From NCBI RefSeq assembly GCF_000737315.1, contig NZ_JMCB01000003.1:620001-684000 (forward strand): a DNA stretch of 64,000 nt. Reading direction: 5' to 3'. Made by a program: the position numbers and the translations under genes. Below are positions 23,257-32,640 of this stretch, one piece after another (position 1 is the stretch's first letter; every line of letters begins with the position of its first letter). The notes beneath the pieces are model-generated. The model saw only the letters and a program-made list of their open reading frames with translations, searched no databases and was not told the DNA's origin. The DNA comes from Hyalangium minutum. GTDB taxonomy: Bacteria > Myxococcota > Myxococcia > Myxococcales > Myxococcaceae.

Positions 23257-24497
23257 GCCCCGCTCTCCGTGTCGTCACGCTGCCTCCCACCCTCCAAGGC
23301 GCCGAGGCCGTTCGCTTCGCCGAGGAAGTCCGCCGCCGGGGCGCCAACATCCTGGAGATCCGCACCGATCTGCACTCGCCCGAGGCCGTGGACGTCCTGG
23401 CCCTGCGGCAGGTGCTGCCGCTGCTGGTGTCCGAGCGCGGGCGTCCCCTGCCCTCTGCCTGGGTGGAGGCGTCCACGCATGTGGACCGGGATGTGACGGT
23501 CTCGGTCGATGCCCCGGCGTCGAAGCTCGTGGCCTCGCACCATGCCGAGCGCCCGCTCTCGACAGCCGAGGCCCTTCGGCTCTGGGACCAGCCGCTGCCC
23601 TCCACGGCCATGGTGAAGCATGTCGAGCCGCTCGGGCCTCCCTCGCGGGCTCCGGAGCTGCTGGAGACCCAGGCGCGGCTCATTGAACGGTTTGGGGCCG
23701 GACGCGTGACGGTGCTCGGGATGGGGCCTGTGGCGCTCCCGATCCGGGCGGTGCTCGCCCGGCGGAATGCGCTGGACTACGTGGCGGCGGGCGGAAGCTG
23801 GAGCGCGGCGCCTGGACAGCGGCTCCTCGACGATGCGGTCCGCGAGGCCCGGGCCGCAGGAGGAGCCACGAACCTGCGCCGAGGCATCCTGGGCACGTCG
23901 ATCGTCCACTCGCGCTCGCCTCGCATCCACCGCCAGCCCTTCGACCGCATCGACATCCCCGAGGATGGGCCTGTCGAGGAACTGGTCGATGCGCTGCTGC
24001 CCCACTACGCCGGCTTTGCGGTCACCAGCCCCTTCAAGCTGCGCCTGGCCAAGCATGCCCGCTCCCCGCTGGAGGCCATCAACACGCTCGTCCGCCGGGG
24101 TGACCACTGGGAGTCCTTCAATACCGACGTCGAGGGCGCTCGGGCCGTTCTGAAGCGGCTTGGGGCCCAAGAGGCGTTCGTACTCGGGGACGGAGGCTCC
24201 ACCGCCGCGCTTCGCGTCGTCGCGGGAGACATGGACTGCCGACTGCGCGTCCTCAAGCGCGCGGAGATCCAGGCGCCCCTCACCGGTGCCGGGGTCTGGA
24301 CCTGGCCGGATCGCGTACCGCCGCCCGAGGAGCTGCGCTTCGACCAGGCTCGCGTGGCGGTCATCGCCTACGGGGCCCCGGGCCGACGTGTCGCCAAGGA
24401 GATCTCGCGCCGCGGAGGCACACCGGTCATGCTGGGTGCCGCGTGGTTCATCGCGCAGGCCCGACGGCAGCGCGAACTCTGGGAGACCGCAACATGA
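23253..24497 (+). CDS. aroDE: Fused type I 3-dehydroquinase / shikimate dehydrogenase (AroD-AroE)
   Basis: N-half: ILEIRTD, VASHH, MVKHV, GMG, SAAPGQ (type I DHQase). C-half: HSRSPRIH, FAVTSPFK, AINTL, FNTDVEG, LGDGGS (AroE). Confidence 0.75.
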   Translation: MSPALRVVTLPPTLQGAEAVRFAEEVRRRGANILEIRTDLHSPEAVDVLALRQVLPLLVSERGRPLPSAWVEASTHVDRDVTVSVDAPASKLVASHHAERPLSTAEALRLWDQPLPSTAMVKHVEPLGPPSRAPELLETQARLIERFGAGRVTVLGMGPVALPIRAVLARRNALDYVAAGGSWSAAPGQRLLDDAVREARAAGGATNLRRGILGTSIVHSRSPRIHRQPFDRIDIPEDGPVEELVDALLPHYAGFAVTSPFKLRLAKHARSPLEAINTLVRRGDHWESFNTDVEGARAVLKRLGAQEAFVLGDGGSTAALRVVAGDMDCRLRVLKRAEIQAPLTGAGVWTWPDRVPPPEELRFDQARVAVIAYGAPGRRVAKEISRRGGTPVMLGAAWFIAQARRQRELWETAT

Positions 24498-25513
24498 ACA
24501 CCTTGGGAGTCCTCTTCCGGCTCACGACCTTCGGCGAGAGCCATGGCGTTGCGCTCGGCTCGATCATCGACGGGTGCCCGGCCGGCGTTCCGCTGACCCG
24601 TGAGCACATTCAGGCCGCGCTGGATCGCCGGCGCCCGGGCCAGTCCGCCATCACCACCGCCCGTGCCGAGGCCGATCAGGTGGAGATCCTCTCGGGCGTC
24701 TTCGAGGACAAGACGCTGGGCACGCCGATCGCGGCCATCGTGCGCAACACGAACCAGCGCTCGCAGGACTACGACAAGCTGAAGTCCGAGGATCGTCCCG
24801 GCCACGCGGACGCGGTCTGGCGCGAGCGCTACAAGCACCGCGATCACCGGGGCGGCGGGCGCACCAGCGGGCGCGAGACGCTCTGCCGTGTCATCGGCGG
24901 TGCGATTGCCGAGGCGTACCTCGCCCGGGATCTGCCCCAGGTCCGCACAGTGGGCTGGGTGTCCCAGGTGGGAGATCTCGTGGCGGCGGTTCCGCCCGCA
25001 GGCGTCACCCGGGCCCAGGTGGACGAGCACGCCACGCGCTGCGCCGATCCGGCCATCCGCGAGGAGATGTCCCGGCGCATCCTGGCGGCCAAGGAGGCCG
25101 GGGACAGTCTGGGCGGATCTATTGATATCCGCGTCGAGGGCCTGCCCGTGGGCCTCGGTGAGCCCATCTTCGGCAAGCTCAAGGCACTGATTGCCCAGGC
25201 GCTCGGGAGCGTGGGCGCGGTGACGGGCGTCGTCTGGGGCCCGCCGGATCTGATGGAGCGGATCGCCGAGCCGGGCAAGATCTTCCACTCGAAGAAGGAG
25301 ATGTACGGCGGCATCCAGGGCGGCCTCGCCAATGGCGAGCCGATGCAGGTGCGTGCCTACTTCAAGCCTCCCGCCACGCTCGCGGAGCACGCGAAGGGTG
25401 GGCGCCACGATCCGTGCATCATGCCGCGCGCGGTCCCGGTCCTCGAGGCGATGGTGTCCCTGGTGATCGCCGATCTCGTCCTGCAGATGAACGCGTTCCC
25501 CCACACCGCATGA
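24494..25513 (+). CDS. aroC: Chorismate synthase
   Basis: TTFGESHG, RRRPGQS, RPGHAD, GGGRTSGRET, GGIQGGLANG, GRHDPC; ATG 24494. Confidence 0.95.
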   Translation: MNTLGVLFRLTTFGESHGVALGSIIDGCPAGVPLTREHIQAALDRRRPGQSAITTARAEADQVEILSGVFEDKTLGTPIAAIVRNTNQRSQDYDKLKSEDRPGHADAVWRERYKHRDHRGGGRTSGRETLCRVIGGAIAEAYLARDLPQVRTVGWVSQVGDLVAAVPPAGVTRAQVDEHATRCADPAIREEMSRRILAAKEAGDSLGGSIDIRVEGLPVGLGEPIFGKLKALIAQALGSVGAVTGVVWGPPDLMERIAEPGKIFHSKKEMYGGIQGGLANGEPMQVRAYFKPPATLAEHAKGGRHDPCIMPRAVPVLEAMVSLVIADLVLQMNAFPHTA

Positions 25514-26580
25514 GCCCCCTTCCTCCTGGCGCGTACAAGCCCGCAACCGATCACTGGGGTTCCTTCACGAAGCTCTCCAAGCGCCTGCCCGAGGGCAGCG
25601 TGGCCGTGGTGGACCGCACCGTGGCCCACTTCCACCCGGGGTTGATCCCGGCGCTCGAGGCGCGCAACCCCCGCGCCATCATCCAGATCACCGGTGGAGA
25701 GAAGGCCAAGAACCTCGCGTCCCTGGAGAAGGTGCTCGTGGGCGGCATCGCCCTGCCCCGCTCCGGGACGCTGGTGGTGGTAGGCGGAGGCACGCTCGGC
25801 GACGTGGCGACAGTGGCCGCGCACCTGCTCAAGCGTGGCGTGCGGCTGGTGCAGGTGCCCACCACGCTGCTCGCGGCGGTGGACAGCAGCCTCGGCGGCA
25901 AGGGCGCCGTGGACCTGATCTCCCGGGGAAACGTGGTGAAGAACCCCGCGGGCGTCTTCCACTATGCCGACGAGGGGTGGATCTGCCCGGAGCTGTTCGC
26001 TTCTCTCTCTGAGTCCCAGCTCCGCGAGGGCGCCATCGAAGCCTGGAAGATGGTGGTCTGCCTCGATGGGCCTCTGTTCCGCCGCTACATGCGCAAGGCT
26101 CCGGAGCTGAAGAAGCTGGTGAAGGACGCCCGGCGCCTCAAGGAGAGCGTCTGCGCACAGGATCCCTACGAGCAAACGGGCCTGCGCCGGGTGCTCAACT
26201 TCGGCCACAGCTTCGGCCACGTGCTGGAGAGCCTCTCCCGCTTCAAGCTGTCCCACGGTGACGCGGTGGGGCTCGGCATGCTCTGCGCGCTCGACGTGGG
26301 CCGGACCATGGGCATCACCCCCGCCTCCGTGGCCGATGAGGTCGAGCAGGTCCTGTACCGCGGGCCAGGCGTGTTGGGTCGCGACCGCATTGCCCACCTG
26401 CTGCGTCGTGCGCCCATCGGCGCCGTGGTGGATCTGCTCGCCGCCGACAAGAAGGCCGGCAAGTCGGGCGAGCTGCGCATGGTGCTCCTCACCGGCATTG
26501 GCGCCTTCGAGGTCCGGGACGTCCCCGAGGCCACGTGGCGCACCCTCTGGCCCGCCTGGAAACAGGGACTCCGCCCATGA
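25510..26580 (+). CDS. aroB: 3-dehydroquinate synthase
   Basis: GGEKAKN, GGGTLGD, VPTTLLAAVDSSLGGK, LNFGHSFGHVLE, HGDAV; ATG 25510. Confidence 0.92.
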   Translation: MSPLPPGAYKPATDHWGSFTKLSKRLPEGSVAVVDRTVAHFHPGLIPALEARNPRAIIQITGGEKAKNLASLEKVLVGGIALPRSGTLVVVGGGTLGDVATVAAHLLKRGVRLVQVPTTLLAAVDSSLGGKGAVDLISRGNVVKNPAGVFHYADEGWICPELFASLSESQLREGAIEAWKMVVCLDGPLFRRYMRKAPELKKLVKDARRLKESVCAQDPYEQTGLRRVLNFGHSFGHVLESLSRFKLSHGDAVGLGMLCALDVGRTMGITPASVADEVEQVLYRGPGVLGRDRIAHLLRRAPIGAVVDLLAADKKAGKSGELRMVLLTGIGAFEVRDVPEATWRTLWPAWKQGLRP

Positions 26581-27854
26581 GCAAGCCCTCCGTCCGCAAG
26601 CTGAACGTTGATCCGAGCCACCTCGTCCCCGCCCGCCTCACGCCTCCGGTGTCCAAGTCGGACGCGCAGCGGGCGCTGGTGCTCGCCCACCTCACCGGCC
26701 ACTGGCCCCTCGCCGTGCTCCAGAACGAGCCCGAGGCCGATCTCGCCGCCGACGTCCGCGTCCTCACCCGAGGCGTGGAGACCCTGCGCCAGTCCCCCGG
26801 GCCCATCCGGGACGTGGACTGCGCGGACGGTGGCGCCCCGTTCCGCATCTTCGTCACCCAGGCCGCGGTGACTCCAGGCGCCAAGGTGCGCATCACCGGC
26901 ACCCCGCGCCTGGGCGAGCGTCCTCACGGTCCGCTCTTCGACTCGCTCCGGGACGCGCTGGGGCCCTCGGGCCTCGTGCTGAGGGAGGGCACCCCCTGGC
27001 CTGTGGAACTCCACGCGCCAGACCGCACCGGGGAGCCCGTCTTCCGCGTCCCTGGTGCTCAGAGCAGTCAATACGCCTCCAGCCTCCTCCTCGGGTGTGC
27101 CGCTCTGTTTCTCCGCGAACATCGCCCCTGGAGCGTGGAGATCCAGGGCCCGCTGACGAGCGCCGGCTACCTGGAGCTCACCGTCTTCTGGCTGCGGCGC
27201 TTCGGCTTCACCGTGGAGGAGACCCCCTCCCGCTTCACGGTGACGGCGCACCAGCCCTCGGCCAAGGCTCCGCCCATGCCGGGAGACTGGTCCTCGCTGG
27301 GCTATCTGCTGCTCATCGCCTGGCGCACGGGCGGCAGCGTGGAGCGCGCCGATCCCTCCAGCGCCCACCCGGATCAGGCCCTCCTCCGGCTGATCCAGCC
27401 CGCGGGCCTCACGCCCATTCCGGGCCCGGACCTCACCATGCGCGTCGAGGGCCAGGCTCGGGCCGGGCTCACCGCCTCCGGCAAAGAGTGCCCAGACCTG
27501 CTGCCCACCCTGGCCGCGCTCGCCCTGGTGCTGCCTCGGCCCTCCACTTTGGAGGACGTCAGCATCCTCCGCTTGAAGGAGAGCGACCGCTTGGAGGGCA
27601 TCCGCACCCTGGTTTCCGCCTACGGCGGATCCACCACCCTGGAGGGCGAGACGCTCACGATCACCCCTCCAGCCGCCCCTCCCGCGCACTTCGAGATGGA
27701 CAGCAAGGGCGATCACCGGCTCGCCATGGTGTCGGCCACCCTCTCCATCCTCTCGGGGGCTCGGCTGACGCTCACCGGACCCGAGTGCGTGGAGAAGAGC
27801 TTCCCGGGGTTCTGGCGGCAGGTGGAGCGGGTGGGTGTACGCCTAACTGAATGA
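26577..27854 (+). CDS. aroA: EPSP synthase (3-phosphoshikimate 1-carboxyvinyltransferase), divergent
   Basis: PPVSKSDAQR, ERP, SSQYASSLLL, PGDWSS, PDLLP, KESDRL, DHRLAM, VEKSFPGFW; ATG 26577. Confidence 0.92.
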   Translation: MSKPSVRKLNVDPSHLVPARLTPPVSKSDAQRALVLAHLTGHWPLAVLQNEPEADLAADVRVLTRGVETLRQSPGPIRDVDCADGGAPFRIFVTQAAVTPGAKVRITGTPRLGERPHGPLFDSLRDALGPSGLVLREGTPWPVELHAPDRTGEPVFRVPGAQSSQYASSLLLGCAALFLREHRPWSVEIQGPLTSAGYLELTVFWLRRFGFTVEETPSRFTVTAHQPSAKAPPMPGDWSSLGYLLLIAWRTGGSVERADPSSAHPDQALLRLIQPAGLTPIPGPDLTMRVEGQARAGLTASGKECPDLLPTLAALALVLPRPSTLEDVSILRLKESDRLEGIRTLVSAYGGSTTLEGETLTITPPAAPPAHFEMDSKGDHRLAMVSATLSILSGARLTLTGPECVEKSFPGFWRQVERVGVRLTE

Positions 27855-27901
27855 GCCTTCAAGTCTCACTGTCGGAGGCAGGCGAAGCCGGTTCTTTTTT
27901 G

Positions 27902-27930
27902 TTGAAAGCACTCTGCTCCCTGTGAATTCT
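27902..27930 (+). promoter_or_regulatory. Putative sigma70 promoter immediately upstream of gltA
   Basis: TTGAAA (27902-27907), 17 bp, AATTCT (27925-27930); the ATG is only 7 nt downstream and no SD is visible. Confidence 0.4.
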
Positions 27931-27937
27931 CCCGCCC

Positions 27938-29239
27938 ATGCCCAAGGACACGCTGACGATCACGGACAACCGAACCGGGAAGACGTACGAAGTCCCGATC
28001 GAGAACGGAACGATTCGCACCCACGCGCTGCGCCAGATCAAGGTTAACGAAGAAGACTTCGGTCTGATGGGGTACGACCCGGCGTTCCTGAACACGGCGA
28101 ACTGTAGGAGCGCAATTACCTTCATCGATGGCGACAAGGGCATCCTCGAGTACCGCGGCTACCCCATCGAGCAGCTGGCCGAGAAGTCCTCCTTCCTCGA
28201 GGTCGCCTACCTGCTGCTCAACGGCGAGCTGCCCACGCCGAAGGAGCTCGAGCAGTTCATCCACCTCGTGACGCACCACACGTACGTTCACGAGAACATC
28301 AAGACGTTCATGGACGGGTTCCGCTACGACGCGCACCCGATGTCCATGCTGGCCTCCACGGTGGCCGCGCTCTCCGGCTTCTACCCGGACGCCAAGCACA
28401 CCAAGGATGAGAAGAGCCGCCGCATCCAGATCACCCGGCTCATCGCCAAGATGCCGACCATCGCGGCCTTCTCGTTCCGGCACAGCATGGGCCTGCCGTA
28501 CATCTACCCGGACAACGAGCTGTCCTACGTCGCCAACTTCCTGGCGATGATCCGCCGCATCGGCACGGCCACCTACAAGGTGCACCCGGTGCTGGAGCGC
28601 GCGCTGGATCTGCTCTTCATCCTCCACGCCGACCACGAGCAGAACTGCTCCACCACGTCGGTGCGCACGGTGGGCTCGTCCGAGGTGGATCCGTACTCGG
28701 CGGTGAGCGCGGGCATCGGCGCCCTGTACGGCCCGCTGCACGGCGGCGCCAACGAGGCCGTGCTGCGCATGCTGCGCGAGATCGGCCACGTCTCGAAGAT
28801 CCCCGACTTCATCAAGGCGGTGAAGAGCGGCGAGGGCGAGAAGAAGCTGATGGGCTTCGGCCACCGCGTCTACAAGTCGTACGATCCGCGCGCCAAGGTC
28901 ATCAAGCGCGTGGCGGACGAGGTGTTCGAGGTGACGGGCAAGAACCCGCTGCTGGACATCGCCGTGGAGCTCGAGCGCATCGCCCTCCAGGACGAGTACT
29001 TCGTGAAGCGCAAGCTGTACCCGAACGTCGACTTCTACTCGGGCCTCATCTACGAGGCGATGGGCTTCCCGGTGGAGATGTTCCCGGTGCTCTTCGCGAT
29101 TCCCCGCACGGTCGGCTGGTGCGCCCAGTGGGAGGAGATGGTGAAGGATCCGGAGCAGAAGATCGCCCGTCCTCGCCAGGTCTACACGGGCTCCTCGCGC
29201 CGCGAGTACGTCCCCATGGAGAAGCGCGCCGCCAAGTAA
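27938..29239 (+). CDS. gltA: Citrate synthase
   Basis: YDPAFLNTA, GILEYRGY, LHADHEQNCST, GPLHGGANE, MGFGHRVYK, YPNVDFYSG. Confidence 0.97.
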   Translation: MPKDTLTITDNRTGKTYEVPIENGTIRTHALRQIKVNEEDFGLMGYDPAFLNTANCRSAITFIDGDKGILEYRGYPIEQLAEKSSFLEVAYLLLNGELPTPKELEQFIHLVTHHTYVHENIKTFMDGFRYDAHPMSMLASTVAALSGFYPDAKHTKDEKSRRIQITRLIAKMPTIAAFSFRHSMGLPYIYPDNELSYVANFLAMIRRIGTATYKVHPVLERALDLLFILHADHEQNCSTTSVRTVGSSEVDPYSAVSAGIGALYGPLHGGANEAVLRMLREIGHVSKIPDFIKAVKSGEGEKKLMGFGHRVYKSYDPRAKVIKRVADEVFEVTGKNPLLDIAVELERIALQDEYFVKRKLYPNVDFYSGLIYEAMGFPVEMFPVLFAIPRTVGWCAQWEEMVKDPEQKIARPRQVYTGSSRREYVPMEKRAAK

Positions 29240-29255
29240 TCCAGGCCACGGCCTG

Positions 29256-29301
29256 AAGCACGAAGGGGCGAGGGACTTCGGTCCCCCGCCCCTTTTGCTT
29301 T
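29256..29301 (+). terminator. Intrinsic terminator after gltA (probably bidirectional with fadD)
   Basis: AAGGGGCG-A-GGGAC-TTCG-GTCCC-C-CGCCCCTT followed by TTGCTTT; cUUCGg tetraloop. Confidence 0.85.
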
Positions 29302-29318
29302 CCCGGGGCCGGCTCGCC

Positions 29319-31136
29319 TCAGCCCGCCTTGGCCTCGGAGTGGGCGCCCTCGGCGTAGAGGGACTCGATGAGGGCGGCGTGCTTCTTTTCCACGGCGCTG
29401 CGGCGGACTTTGAGCGTGGGCGTCATCTCGCCTCCATCGATGGAGAAGTCCTCCGGGAGGATGGCGATGCGCTTGATCGTCTCGAAGCGGGCCAGCTGCG
29501 GGTTCACCTCGCGCTCGATGGCCTGCTCCAGGTACTGGCGCAGGCGCGGATCCCGGACCAGTGCACCCGGCTCCTCCGGCCAGCTCTGGGCCTGGGCCAC
29601 GGCCTTCAGCTTCTCCGCGTCCACCGTCAGCAGCGCCACGAGGTAGTTGCGCCGCTCGCCGATGACGACCGCCTGGCTCACCGGAGCCACGCCCTTGAGC
29701 AGCTGCTCGATGTTGGCGGGCGCCGTCTTCTTGCCGCCCGAGGTGACGATGATCTCCTTCTTGCGGCCGGTGATGTGCGCGAAGCCCTCGCCGTCCAGCA
29801 CCGCCACGTCTCCCGTGTGGAGCCACCCGTCCTGCAGCAACTCCGCGGTGGCGGCGGCCTCCTTGAAGTAGCCCATGCACGTGTTGCCACCGCGCAGGAG
29901 CAGCTCCCCGTCCTCCGCGATGCGGATCTCCATGCCCACCAGGGGCCGGCCCACCGAGCCCAGCCGCGTGGCCTCGTGCGTGTTGAGCGTCCCGGGGCCC
30001 GTCACCTCGGACATGCCCCACACCTCGCGGATGATGATGTCGATGGAGGCGAAGAAGTCCAACACAGTCCGGGCAATGGGCGCCGCACCCACGGAGAAGA
30101 ACTCCACCTGATCGAAGCCGATGCGCTCATGCAACGGCGCGAACACCAGCTTGCGGGCCAGCTGGTACTGGGCCTCCAGCGGCAGGGGCACCTTCTCGTG
30201 GCGCAGTGCCAGCGTGTGGTACTGCGTGGCCACGCCGCGCGCCCAGGCCAGCACCTTCTGCCGCAGCGGCGGCTGCGCGCGGAACCCCTCCTCCGCCTTC
30301 GCCTTGAACTTCTCCCACACGCGGGGCACGCCGAAGAAGAAGGTGGGCCGCACCTCCTTCAGGTTCTGCGGCACCGAGTCGATCGAGTCCGCGAAGAACA
30401 CCTGCGCGCCCAGCATCAGCGGGCCGTAGATGGAGAGCACCTGCTCGGCGATGTGCGAGAGCGGCAGGTACGACAGCATCCGCTTGGACTCCTTGCCGAA
30501 CCGTGCCGCCTGGATGAGCTTCTCCGTCGTCCACACGAGGTTGTGGTGGCTCAGCATCACCCCCTTGGGGTTTCCCGTCGTCCCCGAGGTGTAGATGAGG
30601 GTCGCCAGCCCGTTCTTCTCCAGTGCGTTGACGCGCTCCCAGTAGGGGCCCTCGTCCGCGCCCGTGCCCTTCTCCAGCACGTCCGTGTACCGCAGCACGC
30701 CCGGGGGCAGCTCGTCCGGCGCGTCCATGACGATGATGTGGCGCAGCTTGGGCAGCCGCTCGCGCACCTTCAGCGCGGTGGCCAGGTACTTGGCGTTCTC
30801 CACCAGGAAGAACTCCGCCTCGCTGTGGCCGAGGATGTACTCGATCTGCTCCGCGCTGCTCGTGGTGTAGATGCCCAGCGGCACGCCCCCGAGCGCCATG
30901 GCGGCCAGATCCGACACCAGCCACTCCTCGCGGTTGAAGCTCTGGATGGCCAGCACGCCCTTGGCCTGGAACCCCAGGGCGTGCAGGCCCAGAGCGAAGC
31001 GGGTGACGCGCTGGGCGTACTCGCGCCAGGAGGTGGGGACGTACGTCTTGCCTCGCCGCTTCCAGAGCGCCGGGCGATGCTCGTACCGCGTGGCCTGCTG
31101 GTGGAGCACATGAACCAACGTCGTGGGCTGTTCCAT
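29319..31136 (-). CDS. fadD: Long-chain fatty acid-CoA ligase (AMP-dependent synthetase)
   Basis: IYTSGTTGNPKG, YLPLSHIAE, VPRVWEK, WGMSE, WLHTGD, GRKKEIIVTSGGKK, TPTLKVRR. Confidence 0.9.
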   Translation of the reverse strand: MEQPTTLVHVLHQQATRYEHRPALWKRRGKTYVPTSWREYAQRVTRFALGLHALGFQAKGVLAIQSFNREEWLVSDLAAMALGGVPLGIYTTSSAEQIEYILGHSEAEFFLVENAKYLATALKVRERLPKLRHIIVMDAPDELPPGVLRYTDVLEKGTGADEGPYWERVNALEKNGLATLIYTSGTTGNPKGVMLSHHNLVWTTEKLIQAARFGKESKRMLSYLPLSHIAEQVLSIYGPLMLGAQVFFADSIDSVPQNLKEVRPTFFFGVPRVWEKFKAKAEEGFRAQPPLRQKVLAWARGVATQYHTLALRHEKVPLPLEAQYQLARKLVFAPLHERIGFDQVEFFSVGAAPIARTVLDFFASIDIIIREVWGMSEVTGPGTLNTHEATRLGSVGRPLVGMEIRIAEDGELLLRGGNTCMGYFKEAAATAELLQDGWLHTGDVAVLDGEGFAHITGRKKEIIVTSGGKKTAPANIEQLLKGVAPVSQAVVIGERRNYLVALLTVDAEKLKAVAQAQSWPEEPGALVRDPRLRQYLEQAIEREVNPQLARFETIKRIAILPEDFSIDGGEMTPTLKVRRSAVEKKHAALIESLYAEGAHSEAKAG

Positions 31137-31218
31137 GGAGGCAGGAGGCTACAAGAAACCCACCCGGGGAGGACATCTGTCCCCGGTGCCGCCAGAACGC
31201 GCCCGGGCGTCTCCGTCG

Positions 31219-31248
31219 TTGACAGGCGACTAGGCGGCTATGTATTCC
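31219..31248 (+). promoter_or_regulatory. Putative sigma70 promoter for the zinc-ribbon gene
   Basis: TTGACA (31219-31224), 18 bp, TATTCC (31243-31248); ATG 11 nt downstream, no SD. Confidence 0.45.
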
Positions 31249-31259
31249 GCGCAACGACC

Positions 31260-31628
31260 ATGAGCATCGACTTCACCTGTCAGAAGTGCGAGGCGAGCTT
31301 CGAGCTGGACGCGCAGGATCTCATCGAGGGGACCGAGAAGCTGGTCTGCCCCCACTGCGAAGCGAAAGCCCCCGCCAACATCTCCGAAGACTTCGTCGCG
31401 GCGCTCACGGAGATGCGCGCCCAGATCGCCGTGCTGGGCAAGAAGTTCGCGGTCAGCATGACGCTCGAGTCCGAGGATCTGGAGGATGAGCTCGAGGAGG
31501 AGGACGAGGAGGATGACGACGAGGAGTCCGAGGACGACGACGAGCTCGACTTCGACGAGGACGAAGACGAAGACGAGGATGCCGACGACGACGAGGACTA
31601 CGACGACGAGGATGAGGACGAGCGCTGA
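31260..31628 (+). CDS. Zinc-ribbon protein with long Asp/Glu-rich tail (122 aa)
   Basis: CQKC...CPHC, followed by a ~50 aa tract that is almost entirely D/E; ATG 31260. Confidence 0.85.
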   Translation: MSIDFTCQKCEASFELDAQDLIEGTEKLVCPHCEAKAPANISEDFVAALTEMRAQIAVLGKKFAVSMTLESEDLEDELEEEDEEDDDEESEDDDELDFDEDEDEDEDADDDEDYDDEDEDER

Positions 31629-31741
31629 CTGCGCCGCCTGCCTGACTGCCCTCCTGCCCAGCCAGCTTCCAACGGGGCCGTAGAGCGGCTGGAATCACCC
31701 GAGGGCCTCGCGTACTCAGAGGGGGTGCGTACGTTTGGAGT

Positions 31742-32440
31742 GTGAAAACACCCAATCGCGCCAGCCTCTTTCTCGCCCCGCTCTCCGCCGTCGTGCTGGC
31801 GCTGGTGGGTCTGCTTTTCCTTCCCACCCTCTCGGCGCCGCCAGCGTTCGCCGCATCGCCCTCGGGGCCCAAGCCGGAGCCCTGCGTCACGGAAGCGGGC
31901 GCGGACCCGGCAGCTTGCAAGGAACTCGTCGAGCTCGTGGTCCGCGACGTCGTCCCGCTGGACGAGGCTCAGACCCACGCCGTGGTGCTCACCACCCAGG
32001 ACGGGACCATTGTCCTCCCGGTCTTCGTGGACGAGGCGGCGGCCGTGGCCATCGCCTTCCGCCTGGCTCACCTCGAGCCGCCTCAGCCGCTCGCCCAGGA
32101 TCTGCTGGATGACGTGGTGTCCAAGTTGGGCGCCTCCGTCACCGAGGTCCGCATCGATGACCTGCGCGGCGACATCTACACCGGCCGCGTCTTCATCCAG
32201 CAGGGCAAGAAGAACCTGGAGCTGGACGCCCGCCCGGCGGACTCCATCGCCATGGCCCTGGACGGCAACGCCCGCATCCGCGTGACGCGCAAGGTCCTGA
32301 CGCAGGCGGGCATCAGCCGCGAGGACATCCAGGAGCTGCACGAGCAGTCCCCCGGCGTGGGCGGCAGCGGGAGCTCCGAGGAGCCCGTCGAGGAGCTGCC
32401 GGTGGCGCCCCAGGTCAGGCACAAGGAGATCAGCCTCTAG
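31742..32440 (+). CDS. DUF151/bifunctional nuclease (BFN) domain protein with N-terminal signal peptide
   Basis: VVL...VLPVFVDEAAAVAIA...QPLAQDL...VTEVRIDDLRGDIYTG...LDARPADSIAMAL is the BFN pattern; preceded by hydrophobic LFLAPLSAVVLALVGLLFL...AFA. Confidence 0.85.
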   Translation: MKTPNRASLFLAPLSAVVLALVGLLFLPTLSAPPAFAASPSGPKPEPCVTEAGADPAACKELVELVVRDVVPLDEAQTHAVVLTTQDGTIVLPVFVDEAAAVAIAFRLAHLEPPQPLAQDLLDDVVSKLGASVTEVRIDDLRGDIYTGRVFIQQGKKNLELDARPADSIAMALDGNARIRVTRKVLTQAGISREDIQELHEQSPGVGGSGSSEEPVEELPVAPQVRHKEISL

Positions 32441-32468
32441 CCACCCCTTGCGCGAGGGTGTGACACTG

Positions 32469-32512
32469 GAAAGCCCGGCCCCCCCTCCCAGGGAAGCCGG
32501 GCTTTCACTTTC
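32469..32512 (+). terminator. Intrinsic terminator after the DUF151 gene
   Basis: GAAAGCCCGGC (32469-32479) pairs with GCCGGGCTTTC (32496-32506), followed by ACTTT. Confidence 0.7.
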
Positions 32513-32640
32513 CTCGAGACAAGCTGAGGGTGCAAAGACACGAGGGCCGGGTACGGCTCCGGCGCCCGCGCGAGGTGAACATTCGCCTTCCGCGATCTCA
32601 GCTGTCAAGGGGGCTACCCCCCGCCTAGGATGCCTTGCCC

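Noticed and set aside
27873-27900. Terminator after aroA (GGC-GAA-GCC...TTCTTTTTT)
   Set aside because: A U-tract is present but the stem is only 3 bp with mismatched extension; too weak to call.
31470-31625. GAC/GAG triplet-rich tract resembling a tandem repeat or CRISPR-like array
   Set aside because: It is the coding sequence of the polyacidic tail; there is no constant repeat-spacer structure.
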